Shown piece by piece: positions 51,461-63,019 of a stretch of 64,000 bases of DNA (position 1 is its first letter; every line of letters starts with the position of its first letter). The notes beneath the pieces are model-generated. The model was not told where the DNA came from. It ran no database searches and saw only the letters and a program-made list of their open reading frames with translations. The DNA comes from Heterodontus francisci (lineage: Eukaryota), in NCBI RefSeq assembly GCF_036365525.1, contig NW_027140825.1, positions 992,001-1,056,000 of the forward strand. The letters are read 5' to 3'. Position numbers and translations under genes: made by a program.

Positions 51461-52371
51461 AATGAGCACAGACCAAGCTGTAGAATAGATCAGCAGCCCA
51501 GTATGACCCAGATATTGTTCCACCTACATCCCTCGGGCCTGTGTTGCAGAAAACGTTTGCCAGGAGTCCCACCTGACTATTTGAGAATCAACATCTAGCT
51601 GTTGTTTTCTTAATTCGTTCATGTGATGTGGGCCTCGCTGGTTCGGCCAGCATTTATTGCCCATCTCTAATTGCCCTTGAACTGAGAGGCTTGCTGAGCC
51701 ATTGCAGAGGGCATTTAATAGTCAAACACATTGTGTGGATCTGGAGTCACATGTAGGCCAGACCAGGTGAAGGCGGCAGATTTCCTTCCCTCATAGTCGT
51801 CAGAGAACTGGATGGATTTTTGAAACAATGGACACGATTAGACGAGCTTTCTTTCCAAAATAAAATCCAGATTTATTAATGGCATTGAAATTTCATGATC
51901 TGTATTGGTGGGATTCACCCCACATCGCTAAAACACTAGCAGAGACTGTGGATTAGGAGTCTCGTTAAATTACCAACACACTAATACATCCCCGACAGGA
52001 GCAGATCATTTGGAATCCAGATGTCTGTAATTGGAAATCTACATGTGGGTAATTTGGGAATGCCGATGAGGTTCATTTGGAAATCTGGATATGAACAACT
52101 GGAGAGTTCTAATCAGTAAATTAGAAACTGAACAACAGACACCCTTGTTGGGGATATTAACAACACTTAATCCAGTCACTCAACCAGCAAAAGCAACCAC
52201 GTCCATTCTGATTGGTTGGGTGGTGGAAAGGGGCGTGTCCAACACTGCATCACTTCCTCATGCCCTTCATGTTTTCCTCAATGATTTGTAAAGAGCGGAT
52301 TGGTTAGTCACAGAACTGATCCCCTCTGTTCCACTGCCTTTGCTGTTTGAGAGAGCAGTGTCAAGTGGGCG

Positions 52372-52823
52372 ATGTATCTGTTCCTGGCTCTGATAATCCT
52401 GGTTCAACGTGAGTGCCAAATACAAGGATTATCCTTCAGAACCTTTCTCTCCTCTCCCTGTTTTTCTTTCATTCCCAGAAGTTCCCTGTTTACTGATCTC
52501 CTCCTCTCTCCATCTCTCTCCCAGATGTGAACTCAAAGAATATCCACCAGACTCCCGCCGCTGTCTCCAGATTTCGCGGGAAAGGAATGGAACTGAGGTG
52601 CACTGTGGAGGGGAGCAGCAGTACCCTCTACATGTACTGGTACAGACAAGAGCCGGGGAAGGAGCCGCTGCTGATGTTTTACTCCAATACTGCTAACTAT
52701 GTGGATCCAGAGGGGACGGTGGACGGTTTTACTGCCGAGAGACCGACTGACTCCCAGTTCAACCTGGAGTCCTCCAGCCTGTAGGAAAATCACTCGGCCG
52801 TGTATTTCTGTGCCTGGAGTCTT
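52372..52823 (+). pseudogene. TRBV: Family B V pseudogene with intact RSS
   Basis: Leader 52372-52408, V exon from 52525, TAG at 52782-52784 in FR3; RSS 52824-52862 consensus. Confidence 0.9.
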
Positions 52824-52990
52824 CACAGTGACTCAGAGAGATGGAGCAGTTCAACAAAAACCCCAAAGGCAGCAGGAAACACCTGTTTCAGATAAAACCA
52901 GGTGGTGCTGCGTCTTGTTGGGTGTTGTTTTTTTTATTATTGGGAACATGTTTTTCACAAGAAGACAGGGCGAAATTTAATAGAAAGTCA

Positions 52991-53100
52991 CTCTAGAATT
53001 TGCCTTTATAGCCACTCCAAGCGCTGCTCCACACACCACTGACCACCTCCAGGCGCTTCCTCATTGTCTCTCGAGATAAGGAGGCCAAAGAAGACGAAGA
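52991..53100 (+). mobile_element. Very short RTE LINE 3' end
   Basis: Encodes SRICLYSHSKRCS*, ends in a GAA-type tail; absent at paralog ~44855. Confidence 0.65.
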
Positions 53101-54881
53101 TATAGAAACACAGGGGAATTGTGAAATAGACTTTACAGGAATGATATCAGAACACAGAGGTTAAAGTTATCAAGATAATTTGAGCATCGGGGGATCTTTG
53201 CTCCACAAAGGTGAAGACTGAAGGGTCAACGTTCAGCGGTCTTTGAGAGGTTAATAAATATTTTAATATGTGAAATGAAGATCAGATAAAGNNNNNNNNN
53301 NNNNNNNNNNNNNNNNNNNNNNNNNNNNNNNNNNNNNNNNNNNNNNNNNNNNNNNNNNNNNNNNNNNNNNNNNNNNNNNNNNNNNNNNNNNNNNNNNNNN
53401 NNNNNNNNNNNNNNNNNNNNNNNNNNNNNNNNNNNNNNNNNNNNNNNNNNNNNNNNNNNNNGTGTTATGTCACTGTGTTTTCTTTCTCCAAAGGGACAGC
53501 AGAGTGCGCTGTAGGACCATGATAAACATCAGAGTCTGGAACACACTTTGACAGTGACCTGGGAACACAACGAGAACATTCATCACCTCGGAAACACTCC
53601 GCCCTTCAATGAGATCACGACTGATCAATACATTCCCATCGCTCCCTCTCTGCATTCCACTCTCTCCCTCTCCATCCCTCTCTCCATCCATCTCTCTCCA
53701 TCCCTCTCTCTCCCTTTATTTCCATCCCTCTCTCTCACTCTATCTACCAAGCTGGTGTAAAATGAGAGAATGCCGATATACATTCCTGTCTTTTACAGGG
53801 GCAGTGACTGTCTCTCTATCTATCTCTCGATTTCTCTCCCTCTCTCTATATCTATCTGTCTACCTGACTGTCTCTCTATCTAGCTCGATATTTCTCTACC
53901 TATCTGACTTTCCCTCCATCTCTCTATTTCTCTACCTCTCTCTATATCAATCTGTCTACCTGACTGTCTCTCTCTCTATCTATCTCTCTACCTGGTTGTC
54001 GATCTCTTTGTCTCTCTATCTATCTATCTCTCTACCTGTTTAAATATCTCTCTGTCTCTGTATCCATCTAACTCTATCTTTAGGCGATTACAGTTCGTGT
54101 GAACTAATTAAATATACTGCAGTAATGTAACAAATGACTGTCTTTTCATAGATTTTCTATATAATAACCAGTAGAAGATGTCGTTCATCATCAATTATCT
54201 ATCAAAATCCTCTATGATCTTCAATATCTGGATCACATCTACCATTAACCTTCTCTGCTCTAAGGAGAGAAACCCCCAGCTTCTCCAGTCTCTCCACAGT
54301 AACTGAAGTCCCTCATCCCTGGCACCAGTCTGGTTAACCTCCCTCTAACCTTCACTGCAAAGAGGCGAACAACTCCCAAATGTACAGGAACTCAATACAT
54401 CTGGCGATTAAACATCGAGACAGAGAGGGTGAATCAGGGAGACATAGAGAGGAAACACTCAGCATAAATGAAGGGGTCAGAGTGAGACAGAGAGAGGAAG
54501 ATGCACACACACGCGTGCGCACACACAGATACAGAGAGAAAAAGAGAGAGAAAGAATGGGAGACAAAGCTCGAGACATGCAGAGAGAGAGTGAGCAACAA
54601 ATAGTAAGAAAGAGAGAGGAAGATGCACACACGCGCATACACACACACAGATACAGATCCTGTTCCTTCCAATGATTTGTAAAGAGTGGGTTGGTTATTG
54701 ACAGCACTCATCACTCCTGCTCTCTCCCCTTTGCTGATTCATTGAGATTTCATTGAAACAATATTTCTACTTCACATTTCTTTTGGTTATGTTTTTATTT
54801 ATTTATCTATTTCTTTCTCTCTCCCCACTGGACTGAAGTTCCCTGTTTATTGATCTCGTCCTCTCCCTGTCTCTTTCCCAG

Positions 54882-55166
54882 ATGTGAACTCACAGACTAC
54901 CCGCCGCTGTCTCCAAATTTCCTGGTGAGCAGGTGAAGCTGAAATGCACCGTGGATGGTAGCAGTGACCCTTACAAATACTGGTACAGACAATACCCGGG
55001 GAAGGAGCTGCAGCTGATGTTTTACTCCCTAACTGCACAAGGGGTGAACTCAAAGGGGACGGTGGAGGCTTTCACCACCGAAAGACCGACTGACTCCACG
55101 TTCGACCTGGAGTCCTCCAGCCGACGGGAGAATCATTCGGCCGTATATTCCTGTGCCTGGAGTAAT
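54882..55166 (+). pseudogene. TRBV: Family B V pseudogene lacking leader exon, frameshifted
   Basis: Leader deleted at ~54742; 11-nt deletion after CAGACTA (~54899); RSS 55167-55205 consensus. Confidence 0.9.
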
Positions 55167-55719
55167 CACAGTGACTCAGAGAGATGGAGCAATTCAACAA
55201 AAACCCTAAAGGCAGCAGGAAACACCTGTGGAGGGTAAAACCGTTCGGTGCCTCGACCTGCTGTTCCCTTTTGCAGAGTGAAAGTGTTTATTACAATAAA
55301 AAGAGCTGCGTTAATATTGTAGTGAGATTTTAGATTTACAGGTACTGGCGAGGGTGCAATGAACGATGAATAAGGATGTCACGAGATCTCAGAATGTAAC
55401 TATCCGGAATCAATGACAATAATCTGGATTTTTTATGCACTGACCCTGTGTTTACCTTCTGCACAGGGACAGCAGAGGGGGTTCCAGGACCATGGAATGG
55501 ACAATGGCTTTGAAAAGGATTTAGTGAGAAAACGGAAAGAGCGGGAGGTCTGCAGATCCAGCTTGATATACATGAACAGGACAAGGACACCCACTTTGTT
55601 AGAGAAGGGAAGAGAGTGTATGTGTGTGACAGAGAGAGATCTAGTGAGAGAAAGCAAAAACGACAGACAGAGTTAAAGAGACTGAGACAGAGAGGGAGAC
55701 AGAGATAGAGACAATAAAG

Positions 55720-56158
55720 GGATATTACAGGGATTGATCTGGAGAATGAAGGATTATTATAGGGATTGATCTGGAGAATGAAGGATTATTATAGGGATTG
55801 ATCTGGAGAATGAGGGATTATTATAGGGATTGATCTGGAGAATGAAGGATTATTATAGGGATTGATCTGGAGAATGAGGGATTATTATTGGGATTGATCT
55901 GGAGAATGAAGGATTATTATAGGGATTGATCTGGAGAATGAGGGATTATTATTGGGATTGATCTGGAGAATTAAGGATTATTATAGGGATTGCTCTGGAG
56001 AATGAGGGATTATTATCGGGATTGATCTGGAGAATGAAGGATTATTATAGGGATTGATCTGGAGAATGAGGGATTATTATAGGGATTGATCTGGAGAATT
56101 AAGGATTATTATAGGGATTGATCTAGAGAATGAAGGATTATTATAGGGATTGATCTGG
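55720..56158. repeat. 32-bp minisatellite (~13-14 copies)
   Basis: Unit GGATTATTATAGGGATTGATCTGGAGAATGA(A/G). Confidence 0.95.
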
Positions 56159-56162
56159 GAGA

Positions 56163-57534
56163 TTGAGTGGGGTCAGTGAGTGGAGTCAGTGAGTGGAATC
56201 TGTGAGTGGGGTCAATGAGTGGTGTCACTCAGTAGAGTCAGTGAGTGAGGTCAGTGAGTGGGGTCAGTGAGTGCGGTCAGTGACCGGGGTCAGTGAGCAG
56301 AGGCAGTGAGTGGAGTCTGTGAGTGGAGTCAGTGAGTGGGGTTAGTGAGCGGGGTTAGTGAGCGGGGTTAGTGGGGAGTCAGTGAGTGGGATCAGTAAGT
56401 GGGGTCAGTGAGTGGGGTTAGTGAGCAGGGTCAGTGGGGAGTCAGTGAGTGGGATCAGTAAGTGGAGTCAGTGAGTGGAGTCACTGAGTTGTGTCACTCA
56501 CTGAAGTCAGTGAGTGAGGTCAGTGAGTGGGGTTAATGAGCAGGGACAGTGAGTGGAGGATGTTAGTGGAGTCCGTGAGTGGAGTCAGTGAGCAGAGGCA
56601 GTGAGTGGAGTCTAAGAGTGGGGTCAGTGAGTGGGGTCAGTGAGCGGGGACAGTGAGCGGGGACAGTCAGTGGAGTCAGTGAGCGGGGTTAGTGAGTGGG
56701 GTTAGTAAGCGGGGTCAATGGGGAGTCAGTGAGTGGGATCAGTAAGTGGGGTCAGTGAGCGGGGTTAGTGAGCAGGGTCAGTGCGTGGGGTCAGTGAGTG
56801 GAGTCAGTGAGTGGAGTCACTGAGTGGTGTCACTCAGTGGAGTCAGTGAGTGAGGTCATTGAGTGGGGTCAGTGGGCGGGGACAGTGAGTGGAGTCAGTG
56901 AGCGGGGTTAGTGAGCGGGGTTAGTGAGCGTAGTCAGTGAGTGGGGTCAGTGACAGGGGTTAGTGAGTGGGGTCAGTGCGTGTGGTCAGTGACTGGAGTC
57001 AGTGAGTGGAGTCACTCAGTGGAGTCAGTGAGTGAGGTCAGTAAGTGGGGTCAGTGAGTGTGGACAGTGAGTGGACTCAGTGAGTGGGGTCAGTGAGAGG
57101 AGTCAGTGAGTGGTGTCGGTGAGTGGAGTCAGTGAGCGGGGTCAGTCAGTGGGGTCAGTGAGTGGGGACAGTGAGTGGAGACAGTGAGTGGGGTCAGTCA
57201 GTGGTGTCAGTGACTGGGGTCAAAGAGAGGAGTCAGTGAGTGGTGTCAGTGGGTGGGGTCAGTGAGATGAGTCAGTGAGTGGGGTCAGTGAGTGGGGTCA
57301 GTGAGTGGGGTCACTGAGTGGGGTCACTGAGTGGGGTCACTGAGTGGGGTCCGTGAGTGGGGACAGTGAGTGGAGTCAGTGAGAGAGGACAGTGAGTGGA
57401 GTCAGTGAGTGGTGTCAGTGAGTGGGGTCAGTGTGTGGGGTCACTGAGTGGGGTCAGTGAGTGGAGTCAGTGAGTGGTGTCAGTGAGTGGGGTCAGTGAG
57501 TGGGGTCAGTGAGTGGGGTCAGTGAGGTGGGTCA
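56163..57534. repeat. 13-bp G-rich minisatellite running into gap 57535-57779
   Basis: Unit AGTGAGTGG(G/A)GTC, about 100 degenerate copies. Confidence 0.95.
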
Positions 57535-58641
57535 NNNNNNNNNNNNNNNNNNNNNNNNNNNNNNNNNNNNNNNNNNNNNNNNNNNNNNNNNNNNNNNNNN
57601 NNNNNNNNNNNNNNNNNNNNNNNNNNNNNNNNNNNNNNNNNNNNNNNNNNNNNNNNNNNNNNNNNNNNNNNNNNNNNNNNNNNNNNNNNNNNNNNNNNNN
57701 NNNNNNNNNNNNNNNNNNNNNNNNNNNNNNNNNNNNNNNNNNNNNNNNNNNNNNNNNNNNNNNNNNNNNNNNNNNNNNNTTCTATTGTTCCATTTGTCTA
57801 TCCATCCATTGCTCTATCGATCCCTCCAGCTATCGATACATATCTCTATTTATCTCTATTTATCTATTTATCTATTTACTCTGTCATCTATATATATTTG
57901 TCATCGATCGATTTATCTGGCTCTTGTCTGTCTAAGTGTATATCCATCCCTCTGTTGTTTATCATATATCTAACGTCATTGTTTACATCTCGCAGTTCCA
58001 TCAGTGATATATCATGGTTTGCTATTTTGTTGATATTGTTGTATCTTCTTGTTCTCCTTCGATTCAGATTATATCAATACAATATTAATGATTAAAATGC
58101 TCCATCCATGTGATAAGGCTCTTTTCGTGAGGTAGCCTCTACATTTTAAGAACAGATTACAAGGCAGGGTAAATGGGTTCATGATACAGTTGAAAGAATG
58201 GACGGAGGATTCTGACAAGGAGTTGCACAGAGCTCCCTATTCTACATGCCCCTGATGATTCATACAATGCAAATACGAGACAACTCCCCAGATAGGTCTC
58301 TCACTGGAACAGATTCCTAATTTGGCGGTTTTGAGCAACTGTTGACAATTATTAACCAACTTGTCTTTCAGACACTCGGTGTCTTTTGAAGAACTTTCAA
58401 AGCATCTGGGAGTTAGGCCCAGGCAAGAATTTAACCCTTCAATTCTCGTTTAGGAGACAGGGAAAATAAATCTTTCTCAGCCTAAAACAAATAAGCCCCT
58501 TGATGCATCTTAGATGGTTATAGAATCATACAGCACTGACCAAGGTCATTCGATCAATCGAGCCTGGTCTGGCTGTTCGAAACAGTTACCCAAAATAAAC
58601 AACATCATCCCTTGGCCATGGGCTGCAAGAAGTACAGAATC

Positions 58642-59378
58642 TGTTACAAACTGCTGGATAGCACATGAACTAAAGTAACCTGAGCTCAGACACTGGCCTG
58701 TGCTGGTAAAAACCAGTTTGAACTAATTAATTTATGTGACAGACAAGGGAGAAATCACAGGAATAGAGCCTTATTTGGAAACGGTGTGATACCGGGGTCT
58801 TTGGGCCTGGGCCCATAAGGAGAAGATACGAACGAGGTGAGCAGGCCTAAACCAACAGGAAAGAGACAGCACAGTTTTGAAGAGATAAGAAAGAGAATAA
58901 GTATGGAGAATCTCAGGCATAGAACCAGCGAGAAACTCCAGAGACCAACCATTGTGGAAGTGGAAGACCCTGCGTGAGCAACGCGGTGATGACGTAAAAG
59001 AGAGAGAGATCAGAACGTCTGGCCAGCATCAGCTCTTCCCTTTCCGGGAATTATCGTTTGTTTTCTGTGACGAGGTCAGGGAAAGGTCAGAGGAACCTGG
59101 TGGGTGTGCTTATCAATTCTAGCTAGCTTTGTTATTAACTGTATAACCCAGTTGAGTTGCATGCTTTTGTCTAACCAAGTGTATAAGCCTTATTCTTCCA
59201 TTGTACAACAACGTGAATAAAGTAACTTGATAGTTAAAGAAAGGACTGAGTTTCCTCCTCTTTGTACTAAGCCATTAACCGTAACTGGTGGATTAGGTGG
59301 AGGGTGGCTCTCCTGTAACCCCAATATCCCAAACACCCAGCCTGAGTCTGAATTAAGAGGACTTCGTCCCACGTGACA
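58642..59378 (+). mobile_element. Possible solo LTR
   Basis: TGTTAC...GTGACA termini, internal TATAA (~59182) and AATAAA (~59216), CAGAATC on both flanks (2-nt offset); no coding support. Confidence 0.3.
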
Positions 59379-59610
59379 GCCAGAATCAAGTGGGTGAAGG
59401 GAATAAAGGGGCCAAGGGGGAGTTGACTCCGCACCACGGTTTAAAATCCTGTTCCCATCTCTCTGCATCTCAGCCCATCAGCACCTCCTTCTATTCCTTA
59501 CTCCCTCATGTCCTGATCTAATCTCCCCCTTAAATGCATCTCCACTATTGGCCTTAACTTACTCGCTGTGGTCGTGAAATTGAGCCCCCTGGTTCTAGAC
59601 TTCTCAACCA

Positions 59611-61350
59611 CAGAATCACAGAATTGTTACAGTGCAGAAGGAGGTCATTCGGCCCATCGTGCCCGCACTGTCTCTCTGGAAGAGAAATTCCCTCAGTCCC
59701 ACTCCCCTGCCTTCTCCCCATAACCCTGCACATCCTTCCTTTCAATATAACTGTCTAATTCGCTCTTGAATGCTTCAATTGAACCTGCCTCCACCACGTT
59801 CTCAGGCACTGCATTCTGGACCTTCACCACTCGCTGTGTGAAAAAGTTCTCCCTCATGTCACTTTTGCTTCCCTTACCAAATACTTTAAATCTGTGCCCT
59901 CTCGATCCTTTCACGAGTGGGAAAAGTTTCTCTCCATCTACTCTGTCCAGATCCCTCATGATTTTGAAAACCTCCATCAAATCACCTCTCAGCCTTCTCT
60001 TCTCCAAGTAAAACTGTCCCAACCCGTCCTTCCACTCTTAATGACTGAAACAAATATACACCTAGGCCCCTGTGCTCCTGCACCCCCTTTCGAGTTGTGC
60101 CCTTTATTCTCTATTGTTCATCCGACCAAAATGAATCACTTCACATTTCTCTGCATTGAACCTCATCTGCCACCTGTCTGCCCATTCCACCAACATGTCT
60201 ATGTCCTTTTCAAATTCGACATTATCCTCCTCATCATTCACAATGCTTCTAAGTTTCGTATCATCGGCAAACTTTGAAATTGTGCCCTGTACACCGAGGT
60301 CTAGGTCATTAATATATATCAGGAAAAGCAAAGGTCCTAATACTGATCCCTGGGGAACTCCACTGCAAACCTTCCTCCAGCCCGAAAAACCATCCATTAA
60401 CCATTGCTCTTTGTTTTCTGTCACTAAACCAATTTCGTCGCCATGTTGCTACCGTCCCTTTTATTCCACGAGTTACAAGTTTTCTTACATGTTTGCTGTG
60501 TGGCATTGTATCAAACGCCTTTTGAAAGTCCATGTATACCACATCCACAGCATTGCCCTCATCAACCCTCTCTGTTGCCTTCTCAAAAAAATTCTAGCAG
60601 GTTAGTTAAACATGATTTTCCCTTATGGAATCCATGCTGTCTTTCATTAATTAACTCGTCCATGTGACTATTGATTTTGTCCCGAATTATTTTTTATAGA
60701 AGTTTCCCCACCACCAAAGTTAAACTGACTGGCCTGTAGTTGCTGGGCTTATCTTTACCCCCTTTTTGAATAAGGGTGTAACGTTTGAAATTCTCCAGTT
60801 ATCTGGCACCAGCCCTGAGTCTAAGGAAGACTGAAAAATTATGGCCAACGCGATTTCCACCCTCACTTCCCTCAGTATCCTTGAATACATCTCATCTGGT
60901 GCTGGTGCTTTATCCACTTTATGTTCAGACAGCCGATCGAACACTTTCACTTTACCCATTTTACACACTCTAGCGTCTGACTTACCTTCTCTTTCAACCA
61001 GAGGAAACTTCTTGCCTGCATCTACCCTGTCTATCCCTTTAAGGACTTTGTAGGTTTCAATGAGATCACCTTTCATTCTTTGAAACTCCAGAGCATTCAG
61101 GCCCAGTTTCCCCAATCTCTCTTCATAGGACAGTCCCGCCATCCCTGGAACAAGTCGGGTGAACCTTCTTAGCACTCGTTCCATGGGAATAATATCCTTC
61201 CGAAGGTCAAGGGACTAAAACTGCACACAGTACTCCAGGTGTGGTCCAACCAAGGTTCTCCACGATTGAAGCAAGACTTCATTACTCCTGTACTCAAATC
61301 CTCTTGTGATAAAGGCTAACATAACATTAACCTTCCCAATTGCTTGCTGA
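59611..61350 (-). mobile_element. Composite of degraded CR1 LINE fragments
   Basis: Minus ORFs with PQGSVLGPLLF, FADDTKL, FFTQRVV, RRFTRLVPGM. Confidence 0.9.
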
Positions 61351-62039
61351 TGCTATATGTGAAGTCTCTACCTTCCGAAGCTCCTGCCAGGGGATATCAT
61401 TTCTCCCTAACTGCTCTATCGAACGGCTGTACCTCCAGGGTTAAAACATCCCATTAGCTTGCTCTGATCCAGGAAAACTGTCCCAGCTTCTCCAGTCTCT
61501 CCACATAACAACCGTCTCTCAACCATGGCACCATTCTGGTAAATGTCTCTTCAACCGCCCTGGTCTAAGGATAACGATGGCATAGTTGCAATGTCACTGC
61601 GCTAATAAGCCAGAGGCCTAGGCTGATGCCCAGGTTACATGGGTTCAGGCACAGGCACACCCAGTGCAATTTAAACTTCCCAAGGACCCAGTAATGTGCA
61701 TAGCCCTGCTGTAGAATAGGTAAGGAGCCCAGTGCCACACAGGTGGCATTGCACCTATTTGCCTCAGGCCACTGTTGCTTACAACGTTTGCCAGGAGACA
61801 CACGGCATCGACATCTGGCTATTCGGAGATGAAGGTGTGGATAAACTGGAATCCAGATGTCTATAAATTGGAAATCTACACGTGGCTAATGTGGGAATGC
61901 CGATGAGGTTCGTTGGGGATCTGGATATGTACAATTGGAGATTTCTCATCAGTAAATTAGAAACTGAACAACATACATCCTTGTTGGGATTATTAACAAC
62001 ACTTAATCCAGTCACTCAACCATAACAAGGAACCACGTC

Positions 62040-62140
62040 CATTCTGATTGGTTGGGTGTTGGAAGGGGGCGTGTCCAACACTGCATCACTTCCTCATGCT
62101 CTTCATATTTTCCTCAATGATTTGTAAAGAGCAGGTTTGG
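62040..62140 (+). promoter_or_regulatory. Family B V promoter module: inverted CCAAT, GGGCGT, ETS-like CACTTCCT, CAATGATTTGTAAAGAG (recurs before most family B leaders)
   Basis: Conserved at ~25150, 28205, 33448, 35595, 40155, 42405, 44055, 52205, 62040. Confidence 0.6.
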
Positions 62141-62206
62141 ACCCTCACAAGGCTTACACTCCGGTTCTCGCTGCTTTGCTTATTTCTAAACAGCTTCAAG
62201 GGGAAG

Positions 62207-62660
62207 ATGTATCAGTCATTGGCTCTGATAATCCTTTTGCACTGTGAGTGAGTCTGAAATACCAACGTTTTCTCTAATAACCTTCCTATACTCATTCCCT
62301 CTTCCTTTCATTTCCTAGAAATCCCCTGTTTACTGACATCTTCCTCTTCCCCACTCTCTCCCAGGTGTGAACTCGCAGACTATCCTCCAGACTCCTGCCG
62401 CTGTCTCCAGAGTTGTGGGGGAGGAAGTGGAACTGAAGTGCACTTTGGAGGGGAGCAGTACCCTTAACATGTTCTGGTACAGACAATACCCGAGGAAGGA
62501 GCCTCAGGTTATGTTTTACTCCACGGGTACTAATCACAAAAATCCAGAGAAGGAGGTGGACGGTTTCACTGCCGAGAGACCAACTGGCACCCAGTTCAAC
62601 CTGGAGTCCTCCAGCCTGCGGGAGAATCACTCGGCCGTGTATTTCTGTGCCTGGAGTCTT
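62207..62660 (+). CDS. TRBV: TRBV30-like family B V segment (apparently functional)
   Basis: Leader 62207-62243 (MYQSLALIILLH), intron 62244-62364, V exon 62365-62660; RSS 62661-62699 consensus 23-RSS. Confidence 0.9.
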
Positions 62661-63019
62661 CACAGTGACTCAGAGAGATGGAGCAGTTCAACAAAAACCC
62701 CAAAGGCAGCAGGAAACACCTGTTGGACATACAATAGCGCGGTATTTCCACTTGAATTGATGCAGGGCTATCATATTTTTGACAATAAGAATAGACGGGT
62801 GAGAATAAAATTGAGAGCACAGGTGCAGAGGCGAAGAGTCTGGCCTCTTTCTGTGCTGATAAGCTTTCTATCTTTCTATGAAAGATTAAGAAGGGTGGCA
62901 CCACACTGAGAGGTTTTCACTATCAGGAGAGAATATCAGAAAAACGATTGGGGTTTTATCCACTAACACGGTGTCTTCTTTCACTCAGATGATCAAACAC
63001 ACAACTCTCTTTGTTAGGA

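Noticed and set aside
55720-56158. 32-bp repeat as a CRISPR array
   Set aside because: No unique spacers, vertebrate context, no cas genes
3116-62699. IgH, IgNAR, NAR-TCR or light-chain identity
   Set aside because: No octamer promoters, no V-D-J clusters, no tandem V-D-J plus supporting-V layout; motifs (IHQ, YE.GF, CAWS) fit TRBV
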